DNA of 64,000 nt from an uncultured Planctomycetota bacterium. GTDB lineage: Bacteria; Planctomycetota; Planctomycetia; Isosphaerales; Isosphaeraceae. The stretch spans positions 288,001 to 352,000 of the forward strand of contig CAVTTN010000002.1 in assembly GCA_963737655.1 (NCBI GenBank). Reading direction: 5' to 3'. The translations under genes were made by a program, and so were the position numbers. The notes beneath the pieces were generated by a model that saw only the letters and a list, made by a program, of their open reading frames with translations, was not told the origin of the DNA and did not search any database. Positions 43,925 through 55,329 of the stretch are shown piece after piece. The number at the start of each line of letters is the position of its first letter. Position 1 is the first letter of the stretch.

Positions 43925-44799
43925 TGACCTCCTTGATCGTCGGCTGCGGCTACCTGGGTCGGAGGGTCGGCCGTCTCCTCGTCGCCCGGGGGGATCGGGT
44001 CTTCGGCTCCGTGCGCTCGGCTCGAAGCGCCGAAACCGTTCGGGGCTGGGGGATCGAGCCAGCCCTGGCCGACGTGACGGAACCGGATTCCTTGAAGGGC
44101 CTACCTCCCGTCGATCGGGTGGTCTACTGCGTCGGTTTCGACCGCTCGGCGGGCGTCCCGATGCGGGAAATCTACGAAGAGGGGCTGGCCCGATTCCTGA
44201 AAAGCCTGAAAAAACCGCCTATGCGGATCGTTTATGCGAGCTCGACCGGCGTTTACGGCCAGGATGACGGGTCCTGGGTCGATGAGGAGTCGCCGACCGA
44301 GCCGAGGCACGAGTCGGGGACCGTCTGCCTCCGGGCCGAGGAGATCTTGCGTTCCTGGTCGCGGGAGAACTCGGTCGAGTCCGTGGTCTTGAGGTTCGCG
44401 GGGCTTTATGGGCCGGATCGGATCGTCCGCCGGGCGCCGATCGAGCGGGGCGAGCCGATCCCGGGCGACCCGGACCGCTTCCTCAACCTCGTCCACATCG
44501 ACGACGCCGCCGAGGCCGCCGTTCTCTCCCTGCTCCGGGCCGAGGTCGGGCCCCTGTTCACGATCGCCGACGATCGTCCCGTGACCCGCCGCGAGTATTA
44601 CGGCCTGGTGGCGAGGACGATCGGCGCCCCCGAGCCGGTTTACCGCGTTCCCGAGCCGGGCAGCCCGGAAAGCCGTCGGGACGAGGCGAACAAGCGGGTC
44701 TCCAACCGCCGGGTCCGGCGGGAACTCGGGTGGGTGCCGACGTTTCCCGACATCTCCTCGGGCGTCCCGAACGCCCTGGGCGTCCGAGTCACGGGTTGA
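43924..44799 (+). CDS. SDR/NAD-dependent epimerase family oxidoreductase
   Basis: IVGCGYLG, SSTGVYG, LRFAGLYGP, LNLVHIDD. Confidence 0.88.
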   Translation: MTSLIVGCGYLGRRVGRLLVARGDRVFGSVRSARSAETVRGWGIEPALADVTEPDSLKGLPPVDRVVYCVGFDRSAGVPMREIYEEGLARFLKSLKKPPMRIVYASSTGVYGQDDGSWVDEESPTEPRHESGTVCLRAEEILRSWSRENSVESVVLRFAGLYGPDRIVRRAPIERGEPIPGDPDRFLNLVHIDDAAEAAVLSLLRAEVGPLFTIADDRPVTRREYYGLVARTIGAPEPVYRVPEPGSPESRRDEANKRVSNRRVRRELGWVPTFPDISSGVPNALGVRVTG

Positions 44800-44900
44800 T
44801 CCGAGTTTCGGCATCGGAATCGCATGCTCATTCCGGGCATCGACCGACGGCCGGGCCGGGGCCCGTCCGTCCCGGGTTTTGCCGAAGGAAGCTCTCCGTC

Positions 44901-45413
44901 ATGAACACGAATACTCCGTTCGAGCGGGCCATGAAGCTCGCGATCGTCTCGGGCCTGAGGGCCGCGATGGGGCCGGCCCTGGTGGCGGCCTCGCAGAACC
45001 GGCCGGAGAAGGCCGCCCTGGTCGCCGCGGCGATGGGGGAGATGATCCTGGACAAGCTGCCGATCCTGCCCAGCCGCGCCCGCCTGCCGCTCCTGCTGCC
45101 TCGGGTCTTCGCCGGTTGGTGGTCCGCCAAGCAGAGCCTGGAGCACGACGGCGTGGACGACCCGACGGCCGCCGCCACCGCCGCCGCCGTCTCGGCCGGG
45201 GTCGCCACCCTGGCCCCGATGGTCCGAGGGGCCTTGAAGAAAGTCCTGGGCATCCCCGACCCGGTCCTCGGCGCCCTGGAGGATTACCTCGCGCTGAGGC
45301 TCGGCGGCGAGGCCGTCGGCCTGTCTCTGGACGACCTCAAGGGGATCGCGATGGAGTCCGCCGGCCAGCTCCAGGAGCAGATCGCGCCGACCCTTCAGTC
45401 CATCCGGTCCTGA
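44901..45413 (+). CDS. Hypothetical membrane protein (DUF4126-like)
   Basis: SGLRAAMGPA, GEMILDKLP...EDYLA pattern. Confidence 0.6.
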   Translation: MNTNTPFERAMKLAIVSGLRAAMGPALVAASQNRPEKAALVAAAMGEMILDKLPILPSRARLPLLLPRVFAGWWSAKQSLEHDGVDDPTAAATAAAVSAGVATLAPMVRGALKKVLGIPDPVLGALEDYLALRLGGEAVGLSLDDLKGIAMESAGQLQEQIAPTLQSIRS

Positions 45414-45432
45414 ACCGCCGACTCCAGGTCGT

Positions 45433-45500
45433 GTAGGTCCCGCTCTTGCGGACTTCTTCCATTCATGCGGAATCGAAGAGGTCCGCAAGAGCGGACCCTA
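45433..45500. repeat. Inverted GTAG-REP pair between convergent genes
   Basis: GTAGGTCCCGCTCTTGCGGACTTC ... GAGGTCCGCAAGAGCGGACCCTAC. Confidence 0.75.
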
Positions 45501-45517
45501 CTCGACGCCAATGGCCT

Positions 45518-45889
45518 TCAATCCGTCGGGGCGGGCTCGATGTAGCAGCTCAACGGGCCCTTGGAGACGCTCATCCGGGGGTCGGGGCCGTAGGAGAGGA
45601 CCTGGTCCCTCTTGAGCTCGGCCTTCTCCTTGTGGGTCGTGTAGACGATGGCCCGGCCGGAGGTGTGGATCTTCCAGGTCAGGGTCTCGGCGGCGGAGAG
45701 CGGGTGGGCGAAGAGCTTGGTGAGCAACTCGATCACGTATTCGAACGTGTGCTCCTCGTCGTTGAGGATGATCACGTTGTAGGGCGGCAGTTGACGGCTC
45801 TGCGTGGCCGTCCTGGACTTGGGCTGGGTCATGGTGGTGACGACGGTCTCGCCCTCGCCACGATCCGATTCGAACGGCCCGCTCATCAT
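45518..45889 (-). CDS. clpS: ATP-dependent Clp protease adaptor
   Basis: PPYNVIILNDEEHTFEYVI...IHTSGRAIV...AELK. Confidence 0.9.
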   Translation of the reverse strand: MMSGPFESDRGEGETVVTTMTQPKSRTATQSRQLPPYNVIILNDEEHTFEYVIELLTKLFAHPLSAAETLTWKIHTSGRAIVYTTHKEKAELKRDQVLSYGPDPRMSVSKGPLSCYIEPAPTD

Positions 45890-46000
45890 CCGGCTCCCGT
45901 CGGGTGGTTGAGCATTTGACAGAAGGGCCCTATCATACCCGAATCGGGGGCCGATCGGTAGCGGTTTCCCTCGTCCGACGCCCCGGGAACCCCGCGAACC

Positions 46001-46321
46001 ATGCCCGAAATCTCTCCGGGAGCGGCCCTCCGCCAGCTCCAGCACGCCCAGGCGGCCATGAAGAAGGCGAGGCAGGCGCTCGCCCAGGCCCGCGGGGGCG
46101 AGATCGATCCCCAGAAAATCCTGCCCCTGGGCTGGGACAGCCTGATCCGCGCCCACAAGGCCCTGGCCGAGGTCCCCCTGGCAGCCGCCACCGATCCGGT
46201 GCTCACGAAGGCCCTGGCGGTCCAGAGGTACGCCACGGCGTTGCTCGTCCGGCTCCGGCGGATCGTCCGCAACGACCCCAACGCCCTGGAGGGGATCGAC
46301 GACGACCCGGACGACGAATGA
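46001..46321 (+). CDS. Hypothetical helical protein
   Basis: 106-aa ORF with an ATGA overlap to the next gene. Confidence 0.65.
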   Translation: MPEISPGAALRQLQHAQAAMKKARQALAQARGGEIDPQKILPLGWDSLIRAHKALAEVPLAAATDPVLTKALAVQRYATALLVRLRRIVRNDPNALEGIDDDPDDE

Positions 46322-47624
46322 ACGAGCCGAGACGACCCCAGGCCGCCGAAGCGCCCCGGATCGACGTCCCCAACCGCCCCCTGGCGGCCGAGGGGCCGTT
46401 GCCGACGGTCTCCGTCCGATCGGCCGGGCTGCATCCGTTCGTCTATCAGAAGATGGTGATCGGCCCCCAGGGGATGCCCCGCCCTCGCGCCGGAGACCTC
46501 GTCCGGGTGGTCGATCGCGACGGCATTCCTCTCGGGTTCGGCCTGTGGAACTCCCGTTCCCAGATCGCCTTGCGCTTCCTGACCTCGGGCATCGAACCGC
46601 CCGACGAGTCGTTCTGGACCTCCCGGATCGACGAGGCCCTGGCCCTCCGTCGCGACGTCCTGGGCCTGGATGCCTCGACGGACGCCTATCGCGTCCTCCA
46701 CGCCGAGGGGGACGGCCTCTCGGGCCTGATCGTCGATCGGTTCGCCGACGTCCTCTCGGTCGAGTGCTTCAGCCTGGGGATGTACCAGAGGATCGGGCCG
46801 ATCCTGGATTTGCTGGCCTCCCGGCTCGGGACGACCCATTTCCGGGTGAACGTGGATGAACGGATCGCCCTGGCCGAGGACTTCCCGGGCTTGCCAGTAC
46901 AGTCCCCGAAGCTCCCGGCCCGCGTGACGATCCGGGAAGGCGAGGTCCGCTACCGGGTCCGCTTCGAGGGCGGCCACAAGACGGGCTTCTTCTGCGACCA
47001 GAGGGATAACCGCCGGGAGCTGGCGAAGTTCTCCGCCGATCGGACCGTCCTGGATGCGTGCTGCTACACCGGAGGGTTCGGCTCTCGGCCCTGATCCGCG
47101 GCAAGGCGCGCGAGGTCACCTGCGTGGACCTGGACGAGAAGGCGATCGCCCAGGCCCGCGAGAACGCGAACCTCAACCAGGTCCGGCCGACGTTCGTCCA
47201 CGCCGACGCCTTCGGCTACATGAGGCAGATGGGGCTGAACGAGAAGAGTTATGGCGTGGTCGTGCTCGACCCCCCGAAGCTGATCCCCGGTCGGCTCGAC
47301 ATCTCGGCCGGGAAGCGGAAATATTTTGATTTGAACGTCCTGGCGATGGGGTTGGTCGAGCCCGGGGGCCTGTTGCTGACGTGTTCCTGCTCGGGCCTCC
47401 TGCCGGTCGAGGAGTTCTTGATCCTGCTGAGGGCGGCGGCGAGGAAGGCAGGGCGATCGGCCCGCGTCCTGGCCGTGACCGGGGCGTCCAGCGACCACCC
47501 GGTGGGCCTGGAGGCGCTGGAAGGGGCCTATTTAAAGGCCGTCTGGCTCCAGATGGGCGAGAAGAAGGCCCGACGGGATGAAGAGATGGCGCCGGAGGGT
47601 GGGGATTCGACGGACGAGGGATGA
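46318..47624 (+). CDS. rlmI: RlmI-like class I SAM-dependent rRNA methyltransferase (frameshift ~47085)
   Basis: HPFVY, HAEGDGLSGLIVDRF, HKTGFFCDQRDNR, VVLDPPKL, TCSCS, YLKAV. Confidence 0.85.
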
Positions 47625-47746
47625 CCGGCCGCGGACGGCCCCGGTGCGGTCTTTCGGCCTTCGCGAGTTGGTGCATTTCATCCACTCTACGCTGCTCGGC
47701 CTTCGTCGGTTAGGATGAGGGTTCATCGCCTCGGAGGACTCGCCCG

Positions 47747-48434
47747 GTGCCGAGCCTGACCGTCGAAAATTATGTGAAGATGATCTATCTGATCTCCGCC
47801 CGATCGGAGGCGGGATCGGCCGTCTCGACGGGTTCCCTGGCGCATGCGCCTGAATGTCTCCCCGGGGACCGTCACGGGGATGCTCAAGACGCTCTCCGAG
47901 GCCGACCTCGCCTCGTACACGCCGTATGAAGGGGCGAGGCTCTCGCCGTCGGGCCAGAGGCTGGCCCTGGCGGTCCTCCGCCGTCATCGGCTCCTGGAAT
48001 TGTTCCTGGCCCAGACGCTGGCGCTGTCGTGGGACGAGGTCCACGAGGAGGCCGAGCACATGGAGCATGCGGTCTCCGATCGCCTGGTCGATCGGATCGA
48101 CGCCTACCTCGGCCATCCGGCCGTCGATCCCCACGGCGACCCGATCCCCCGGGCCGACGGCACCCTGGTCCAGCCCCCGGGGCAACCGCTGGCGAGCCTG
48201 CCCCGAGGGCAATCCTTCCGCCTGGTCCGCGTGGTCGATCAGGGGGCGACGTTCCTCCGCTACCTGACCGAGTGCGGGCTGGACCTGGGGACCGAGGGCA
48301 TCCTGGACGAGAACCGGCCCGAGGCGGGCGCGGTGATCGTCCGGGTGGGGGGCCGGACGGTGGCCCTGGGCCGCGACGAGGCCGGCAAAGTCCTCGTGGC
48401 CCCTATCCTCGTCGCGGCCGGTCCCGAAGGTTGA
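47747..48434 (+). CDS. mntR: DtxR/MntR family metal-dependent regulator (frameshift ~47845)
   Basis: TVENYVKMIY, RRHRLLELFL, VHEEAEHMEH, DPHGDPIP. Confidence 0.88.
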
Positions 48435-48513
48435 GGCATTGGGTCGTGATCCGTCCCGCCCCTCGCCGATGATCGCCGGGAATCGAGCGACTTTCGCCAT
48501 TGCGGAGGGGACG

Positions 48514-49239
48514 ATGGATCGTCGAGAGCGAAGGGCCTGGTCTCCCAGTCTGGAGAGGGTCGAGGCCCGCAACCTCCTGTCCACGATGGGGACCATCGCC
48601 CTGAACCGCCCGGGGCTGGAATCGGCGACGCTGAACGCCTTGCTCGCCCAGCGCCATGCCTCGACCGGGGCCCTGGCCGCGGACTCCTCGGGCTTGCCCG
48701 CGGGGGGCTCGGGGATGTCGTCCGTGCCGATCGTCCCCAGCAGCGGCCAGCCCACCCCTCGCGAACTCGCCCGGGAAGCGTTCAAGGCGTATTTCCACGG
48801 CCCGGTTTACTACGGCCCCCCCCGATTCAGCGACCAGAAGCAGATCTTTTACATCCGGGGCACCGGAGGCTCGAACCAGTTCCTCCACGGCGATTTCCAG
48901 ATGGCGATCGTGGTCCCGACCGACCCCTCGGCGCCGATCACCGGCGCGGCCGTGATGCAGGACAAGAACACGAATTCCGGCGGGTTGCTCGGCCTGGACC
49001 TGGTGGCCGTCCCCAACGCCTTCGATCGGCTCGGCCGCCCCACGCGATTCACCTTCACCAGCGACCCTAACATTTATGGCGGGACCTACTACGCCTCCAC
49101 CTCCACCGGCACGGTGAAGGTCGCGTACCTCGGCAACACGGCCACCGCCACCTTCCAGGGCCGGGTCTACAACTCGGGCCTGACCGACCCGCTCCGCAAC
49201 TCGGACCTGATCGGCCGAGGCGGCAAGGTCGCCCCCTGA
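48514..49239 (+). CDS. Planctomycete extracellular protein (LExRxLL signal peptide)
   Basis: MDRRERRAWSPSLERVEARNLLS followed by a beta-rich domain. Confidence 0.8.
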   Translation: MDRRERRAWSPSLERVEARNLLSTMGTIALNRPGLESATLNALLAQRHASTGALAADSSGLPAGGSGMSSVPIVPSSGQPTPRELAREAFKAYFHGPVYYGPPRFSDQKQIFYIRGTGGSNQFLHGDFQMAIVVPTDPSAPITGAAVMQDKNTNSGGLLGLDLVAVPNAFDRLGRPTRFTFTSDPNIYGGTYYASTSTGTVKVAYLGNTATATFQGRVYNSGLTDPLRNSDLIGRGGKVAP

Positions 49240-49493
49240 TCGCCTCGGATCGGCCCGAGGCGAGGAATCGGAGGATTTTCGGGGCGAGGCGAGGCTGGGG
49301 CGTTGCCTCGGGGCGTCCGCTCGGGTAGGAATGACGCGACCCCGGGGGCGGCGCGAGGGATCGTCCCGGACGGTCCGCGCCGAGCCCCGACCCGACCTCC
49401 TCCCGCTCGTCTCGACGACCCACGATCGACCGCTCGCCCCGAGAGGCCCGGCCCTCGGCCGATCGTCCCCCTTTCCGTCGCACCGAGGATTCC

Positions 49494-51257
49494 ATGAAGC
49501 CCGACGCCGCCGACGCCGCCCCGGTCGCACCGAACGCCTACCGCCTGCTCTGGGCCGGGTTCATGGCCATCATGGCCTCGGGAGTGGGGTTCTCGATCCG
49601 CGCGGGCATCCTCGGCCAGTGGGCCAACCAGTACGGATTCACGCAAACCGAGCTCGGGCAGATCACCGGGGGCGGCCTCACGGGTTTCGGGATCATCATC
49701 CTGCTGAGTGCCCTGATCGCCGACCGGATCGGCTACGGGACGCTCATGATCTCGGCCTTCGTGATGCACATCGCCTCGGCCGCCCTCACGCTCGCCGCCC
49801 TGACGACCACGAGCAAGCCGGTGGCGTTCCAGTTCCTGTTCTGGGGGATGTTCCTCTTCGCCGTGGGCAACGGGATCTGCGAGGCGGTGGTCAACCCCCT
49901 GGTGGCCACCCTCTTCCCCAAGAACCGGACGCATTTTCTCAACATCCTCCATGCCGGATGGCCGGCCGGGCTGGTCGTCGGCGGGCTGGTGGCGGCGGTC
50001 ATGGCCGGCGACCCGCTTTTCGGCGTGAAGCTGATGGACAAGCCGGTCCCCTGGCAATATCAGATTTCTCTGTTCCTCGTCCCGGTCGCGTTCTACGGGA
50101 TCATGCTCCTGGGCCAGTCGTTCCCGAAGTCCGAGGCGAGCCAGCAGGGCGTTTCGTTCAAGAACATGCTCCGAGAGATCGGGATGCTCGGCGGGGCGAT
50201 CCTTTGCGTGCTGCTCGGGCTGTTCTTCCATAGCGACCTCGGCCTGCCGACCTGGGGCGCCGTCGCCCTGGCGAGCGTCCTGTGGCTGGCGTTCTCCTAC
50301 GCCACGGGGTTCCACCTCGGGCCGGTCCTCCTGGCCGTCTTGCTCGTGACCCATGCCCTGGTCGGCTACGTCGAGCTCGGCACGGATTCGTGGATCGCCA
50401 AGATCACCGGCGCGATCATGGACTCGAAGCAGAACGGCCTGCTGCTGTTCGTCTACACGTCGTCCTTGATGTTCATCCTCCGGTTCTTCGCCGGGCCGAT
50501 CGTCGAGAGGACGTCTCCTCTGGGCCTGTTGTTCGTCAGCGCGATCCTCGGCGCCACGGGCCTGACCTTGCTCGGCAATGCCCAGGGCGTGGTGTTCTGC
50601 GTCCTGGCGGCCACGGTCTACGCCTGCGGCAAGACGTTCCTCTGGCCGACGATGCTCGCCGTGGTCTCCGAGCAATTCCCCCGGGGAGGGGCGATCACCA
50701 TCGGCGCCGTCGGCGGCATCGGGATGCTTTCGGCCGGCTTGCTCGGCGGACCGGGGATCGGGTTCGAGCAGGACCATTATGCGTCGGCGAACCTCCGCAA
50801 GGCCGACCCGGCGGTCTTCGCCCGCTACGAAGACCCCAATCCGAAGCACTTCCTCGGGTTCGAAACCGTCGGCCTGAACGGCTCGAAGGTGGGCATCCTC
50901 GAAGACGCGGGCGAGAACGGCGTGAAGACCGTTCAGCGCGACCTCGACCGCCTGAGGGCCGACCCCAAGGCCAAGCCGGAGGACGTGGAGAACCTTCAGA
51001 AGCTGGTCGATTGGTGGAAGGCGGCGGAACCCTCGGCCGAGGCCGACAAGACGTTGGTGACCGCCGCCACGCTCGACGGCAGCCGGATGGCCCTGAAGCT
51101 CACCGCGATCATCCCCGCCACGATGGCCGTGATCTACCTCGGCCTGATCGGCTATTTCCGAACCAAGGGCGGCTACAAGCCCCAGGACCTGAACATCACC
51201 AAGCAGGAAGAGGCCGAGATGATGGTCGGCGGAGTGGCCGGCCCGGCCGAGTATTGA
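49494..51257 (+). CDS. MFS transporter
   Basis: About 12 TM segments, with ADRIGYG, EAVVNPLVATLFP and LHAGWPAGL motifs. Confidence 0.9.
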   Translation: MKPDAADAAPVAPNAYRLLWAGFMAIMASGVGFSIRAGILGQWANQYGFTQTELGQITGGGLTGFGIIILLSALIADRIGYGTLMISAFVMHIASAALTLAALTTTSKPVAFQFLFWGMFLFAVGNGICEAVVNPLVATLFPKNRTHFLNILHAGWPAGLVVGGLVAAVMAGDPLFGVKLMDKPVPWQYQISLFLVPVAFYGIMLLGQSFPKSEASQQGVSFKNMLREIGMLGGAILCVLLGLFFHSDLGLPTWGAVALASVLWLAFSYATGFHLGPVLLAVLLVTHALVGYVELGTDSWIAKITGAIMDSKQNGLLLFVYTSSLMFILRFFAGPIVERTSPLGLLFVSAILGATGLTLLGNAQGVVFCVLAATVYACGKTFLWPTMLAVVSEQFPRGGAITIGAVGGIGMLSAGLLGGPGIGFEQDHYASANLRKADPAVFARYEDPNPKHFLGFETVGLNGSKVGILEDAGENGVKTVQRDLDRLRADPKAKPEDVENLQKLVDWWKAAEPSAEADKTLVTAATLDGSRMALKLTAIIPATMAVIYLGLIGYFRTKGGYKPQDLNITKQEEAEMMVGGVAGPAEY

Positions 51258-51301
51258 TCGTGGACGAGGCCGGGGACCGGGCCGGAGAGTTGCCGTCTCC
51301 C

Positions 51302-52883
51302 ATGAGCGATGACATCTCGGCGGGCGAGCCTTCGCCCCATCCGCCCGGACCGGCCGAACCGCTGCCCCGATCGCTGGCCGACGCCCTCGCCGCCCCCGCC
51401 GTCCCGCCCAGGCCGTGGCAGGACGGCGTGGCCCCGGCGTTCATCGCCCTGTTCCTCTCCGTGGTGTTCCTGGATCGGATCGCCGTCGGCACCCTGAGCG
51501 TCGGAGGGGCTCGCCCCGGCCGCCCTCGGCGCGACGCTGGCCGGCGTCTTCGGCTACTGGTTGCTCTACGCCCCCTCCGCGGGATGGGGCGCGTCCACGA
51601 GACGGCCCCTCGCCGTCGTCTCCACCAGCACCTTCGGCACGACCGGCGCGCTCTGGGTGCCCGGCGCCTTGCTCGGCGTCGTGGGGATGGTTTGGTTCGC
51701 GATCACGATCCAGTTCGCGACCGATTACGCCCTCCGAGGGGCTCGCCGCCTGCGGGCTCCTCGACCCTCGAATCCTGCCGAGGCTCGACTCCGACGCGAT
51801 CCGGCCGCCCGGCGTCACGTTCGTGGTCGTCGCCTTCGCCTGGTCGGTCGCCTCGGCGATCATCGGGACCCTGGCGGTCCGCCTGGTGGCCGGCGTGATG
51901 GCCGTCTACCCGATCTTCCCGGCCCTGGCATCGGGGCCACGCTCGTCTGGGCGATTCCCGGAGTCCCCGACGCCCCGATGCCCGCTCCCGACCTGGATTC
52001 GAGCGGCTACTGGGCCGTGGCGACCACCTTCCAGCTCGTCTTCGCCTTCCTCGCAACCTACGGCCTGGCCTCCGCCGACTGGGGCGCCGCGTGCCCGTCT
52101 CCTCGGGAGGCCCGGGTCGGCGGGCTGGTCGGCGTGATGCTGGCGGCGCCCATCCTGTCCATCATCGGGATGCTGATCGTGGCCGGGTCGATGGGCCGGG
52201 AGATCGCCAGGTCTCCGCAACCGGAATTCTCGACCAATCGCCCGAGGTTGTCGGCGAACCGGCCGCCCCTTCGGGGGATGAAGGCCGCGCCCGAGCCCGA
52301 AGCCCCGCCGGGGCCCCGGGCGGTGAGCGTCGGCGGCTTCACGCTCCGCGAGGTCTATTTCCGAAGGGTCGGAGGCGCGGTCGGCGGGACGGCGTTGCTC
52401 GTCCTGGCGCTGGGCCTGCTCGGACCGGCCTGTTACGCCCCCTTCACGATCGCCCGCCAGTTCAGCCCGATCCGGCCGGCGATTCCCGGATGGGCCTGGT
52501 CGCTCCTGGGGGCGGTGGCGGGCTGGCCCCTGATCGCCTCGGGCCTGGCCGGCCGGACGGACATCCTCTTCGGCCTGATCGGCGCGCTGACCGCCCCGGC
52601 CGTCGGCGCGATGGCCGGCGATTCGATCCGCCACCGACGAGGCTGGCCGGGGCCGACGCTCGGGGTGAATCTCGCCGGGATGATCGCCTGGGCCGTCGGA
52701 GTCGGGGTCGGCCTGATCCCGACGATCGGCCGGATCGGCGGGTTGCCGACCCTCACGAGGGCCGAGCCCGCCGCCGTCTTCGCGTTCCTGGCGGCCTTCG
52801 CCGCGAACCTGGTCCTCGGGCTCCTCCGATGGGAGCCCAGGAGGCTGGCGATCGGCCCGGCCAGGGCCGAGTCGGGGGGATGA
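51302..52883 (+). CDS. NCS1/cytosine permease-like transporter (several frameshifts ~51510-51930)
   Basis: STFGTTG...MVWFAI and GVNLAGMIAWAVG motifs with many TM segments. Confidence 0.65.
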
Positions 52884-52908
52884 ACTCCTCCCTCCGCGGG
52901 CCCCGACC

Positions 52909-53949
52909 TCAGAACGGCTCGTCCTCGGCCGGCAATTCCAGGGGGATTCCCTTGTAGAACCGCCGGTTCTCCATCGCGAAGACCTTGTCGGTGAACTCCC
53001 CCTCGTCCGGCGCCGCCATCCGGTGCTTCACGGCGATGTTGATCTTGGCGTCGAGGTCGTCGATGAACGAGACGATCAGCGCCTCGATCGTCTGGGGCAC
53101 GATGGGGGCGCCGAACTCGCGACGGCCGTGATGGGCGAGGATCGCGTGCTCCAGGAGCAGCAACGTCTCCTCGGGGAACCCCTCGATCCGGGTCGCCGCC
53201 AGGCGGACCAGGTCCCGGCCCATCAGGACGTGGCCGATCAGGCTCCCTTCCTTCGTGTACCGGGCCTCGACCGGGTGGTATTCCAGCTCCTTGAGCTTGC
53301 CGATGTCGTGGAGGATCGCCGCCGCCACCACGATCGACCGGTTCAGCGGAGGGTTCAGCGAATCATAATATCGGGCGTAATGCTCGGCCACGAAACCGGC
53401 AATCCGGGTCATGCTCCACACGTGTTCGAGCAATCCGCCGTTATAACTGTGATGGAAATTCGTCGCCGCCTGGATTTTCGAGAACAGCGCCCCATGCTCG
53501 TGGAGGATCGCCAGGACGACCTGCTTGATGAACGGGTCCTCCACGTACCGCTCGACGAACCCGAGGATCTTGCTCGTCAGGTGGTCGGCGGGGAACCGTG
53601 AGCTCTCGTAGAGGTCGCGGAAATCGAAGCCGTCGGCCTCGTCGCCGTCCTCGATGGGGCGGATGTCGAGGACGTCGATCTGCAAGCCATACTTCGCCTT
53701 GAGCTCGGCCTTGACCTGGAGCCGATACGGCGAGCCATCGACCCACGTTTCCGCCTGCCGCAACAGCCGATGATTGGCCCAGAGCGGGGCTTCGAGGACG
53801 ACGCGGCTATCCCGAAAGTAGCATTTCAGGAAGTTTTCATTCTTGTAAGTCGTACCCCGGACCTTGCGGACCAGGGCCGCGAAGCACACGGCCTCCTGGC
53901 CGTCGCGGAGCTCCGAGAGCCGCACCACCGTGGATTCGCCGACGGCCAT
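52909..53949 (-). CDS. OB-fold + HD domain 3'-5' exoribonuclease (YhaM/Cbf1-like)
   Basis: HHSYNGGLLEH, ILHDIGK, LIGHV, HAILAHHG, DDLDAK. Confidence 0.9.
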   Translation of the reverse strand: MAVGESTVVRLSELRDGQEAVCFAALVRKVRGTTYKNENFLKCYFRDSRVVLEAPLWANHRLLRQAETWVDGSPYRLQVKAELKAKYGLQIDVLDIRPIEDGDEADGFDFRDLYESSRFPADHLTSKILGFVERYVEDPFIKQVVLAILHEHGALFSKIQAATNFHHSYNGGLLEHVWSMTRIAGFVAEHYARYYDSLNPPLNRSIVVAAAILHDIGKLKELEYHPVEARYTKEGSLIGHVLMGRDLVRLAATRIEGFPEETLLLLEHAILAHHGRREFGAPIVPQTIEALIVSFIDDLDAKINIAVKHRMAAPDEGEFTDKVFAMENRRFYKGIPLELPAEDEPF

Positions 53950-53999
53950 GACCCGCCCCCGTATCGTCGTCGCCATTCGCATGAAGGTCGCCGGATGGT

Positions 54000-54115
54000 C
54001 CCCTTCGCACCATCATCGGACCGCGACGGCCCCCGCCTTCACCAAACATTTGACGACTACGATGCAAACATCTACCACGGCTGTCGAAATCGGGCAATTC
54101 TGTTCAGAATGACAG
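54000..54115 (+). repeat. Direct repeat A (diverged copy at ~55318-55430)
   Basis: CACCATCATCGG...AAACATTTGRCGACTACG...CTACCACGG...TCGGGCAA.TC.GTTCA is shared by both copies. Confidence 0.8.
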
Positions 54116-54328
54116 TATTCCTCCACGGAGGGATCGGGACATCGCGAGGCCGACCGGGGGTCGGACCAAGAAGTCACTCGGCCGTCGATCTCGTCCCGCG
54201 TCGGATGAATTTCGGGTGTACTTTCGCGAATATTGTTGTCTATTTGCGATTGTTCGATATGTTGGGCGGTCGCAAGCTGGGGCATCGACGTCCGATGCCC
54301 GGGCCGGCCAAACCTCCAAGGGTCCCCG

Positions 54329-54919
54329 ATGCGACGCAACGTGAAATGGGCGGCGGCGTTCTTCTTGCTGATCGGCGGGGCGTCGGCCCGGGCCGACATG
54401 ACCTTCATGCTGTCGGGCAGCTTCGGCGACAACAATCCGAGCGGCCCCACGGGACTGGAGTACGGGTCGTTCTCCGGGACCTACACGGTCTCGGGCTTCG
54501 ATACGACGGGCGCCACGGCCCCCCTCACCGGGTTCGACCTCACCCTGTTCGATTCCTCGGGGAACGTCTTCACCTCGTACAATTTCTCGGATCCGCACGA
54601 AGGTGCCACCCTCAAAGATGACGGGTCGATCGCAACCCTTTTCTTCGGGACGGACGGGTCCGACCCCAATGAAGCGAATGCCGGCTTCCAGCTCCTGTTC
54701 GCGGGCGGGTTCGAAGGCGTGGGCCCGGTCCTCTACACGGATTCAACGGTCCGCCTCTCATCGCATATTCTTGTCACCTTCGCCAGCGGCGTCACCCACG
54801 TGACGCAGGTCCATGCGGGGGGGTCCTCGGCGGTCCCCGAGCCGTCGTCGCTCGTGCTGATGGGGATCGCCGGCCTCGGCCTGGCCTGGCGACGTCGCAA
54901 GAAGGGCAGGGCGGCCTGA
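54329..54919 (+). CDS. PEP-CTERM sorting domain protein
   Basis: Signal peptide ending ARA, and C-terminal VPEPSSLVLMGIAGLGLAWRRRKK. Confidence 0.93.
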   Translation: MRRNVKWAAAFFLLIGGASARADMTFMLSGSFGDNNPSGPTGLEYGSFSGTYTVSGFDTTGATAPLTGFDLTLFDSSGNVFTSYNFSDPHEGATLKDDGSIATLFFGTDGSDPNEANAGFQLLFAGGFEGVGPVLYTDSTVRLSSHILVTFASGVTHVTQVHAGGSSAVPEPSSLVLMGIAGLGLAWRRRKKGRAA

Positions 54920-55096
54920 GCCGGGCGCGGCCCGGACCGGATACGACGAGCGGGACGAAGGCCGGGCCGCGACCCTCCGAGTGGGGCGGGTGGCATGCTT
55001 CTGTCCGCGTCATCCTGACTTCACGCCACCAAGGGGCCGAAGCCATGCTCACGCGGACGTCAACGCGCCACCCGGGGAGAAGATTGCGGGCGTCGG

Positions 55097-55309
55097 CTAG
55101 ATCGTCTGGTCCCCGCCCATCGACGTGAGGCCCTTCTTGTGGCCGAGCCTGTCGAGCAGGTGGTCGAGGGCGCGTTCGAGCTCGTCGGCCGAGGCGTCGA
55201 TGGCCTCGTCGATCGTGGCGGCCTCGTGGCTGACGGCGATGGGCTGATGGCCGCTGAGCCGGGCCTCCATCATGCACCTCTTGCCGTTGATCCCGCCCTT
55301 GTGGGCGTT
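55097..55309 (-). pseudogene. 5'-truncated diverged copy of the HPF/RaiA-like gene at 57930-58280
   Basis: NAHKGGINGKRCMMEARL...KKGLTSMGGDQTI versus NAHKGGDHDKRCVMEARL...KKGRTSMGGDQTI. Confidence 0.85.
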
Positions 55310-55329
55310 CGTAGGATCCCCTCCCACCA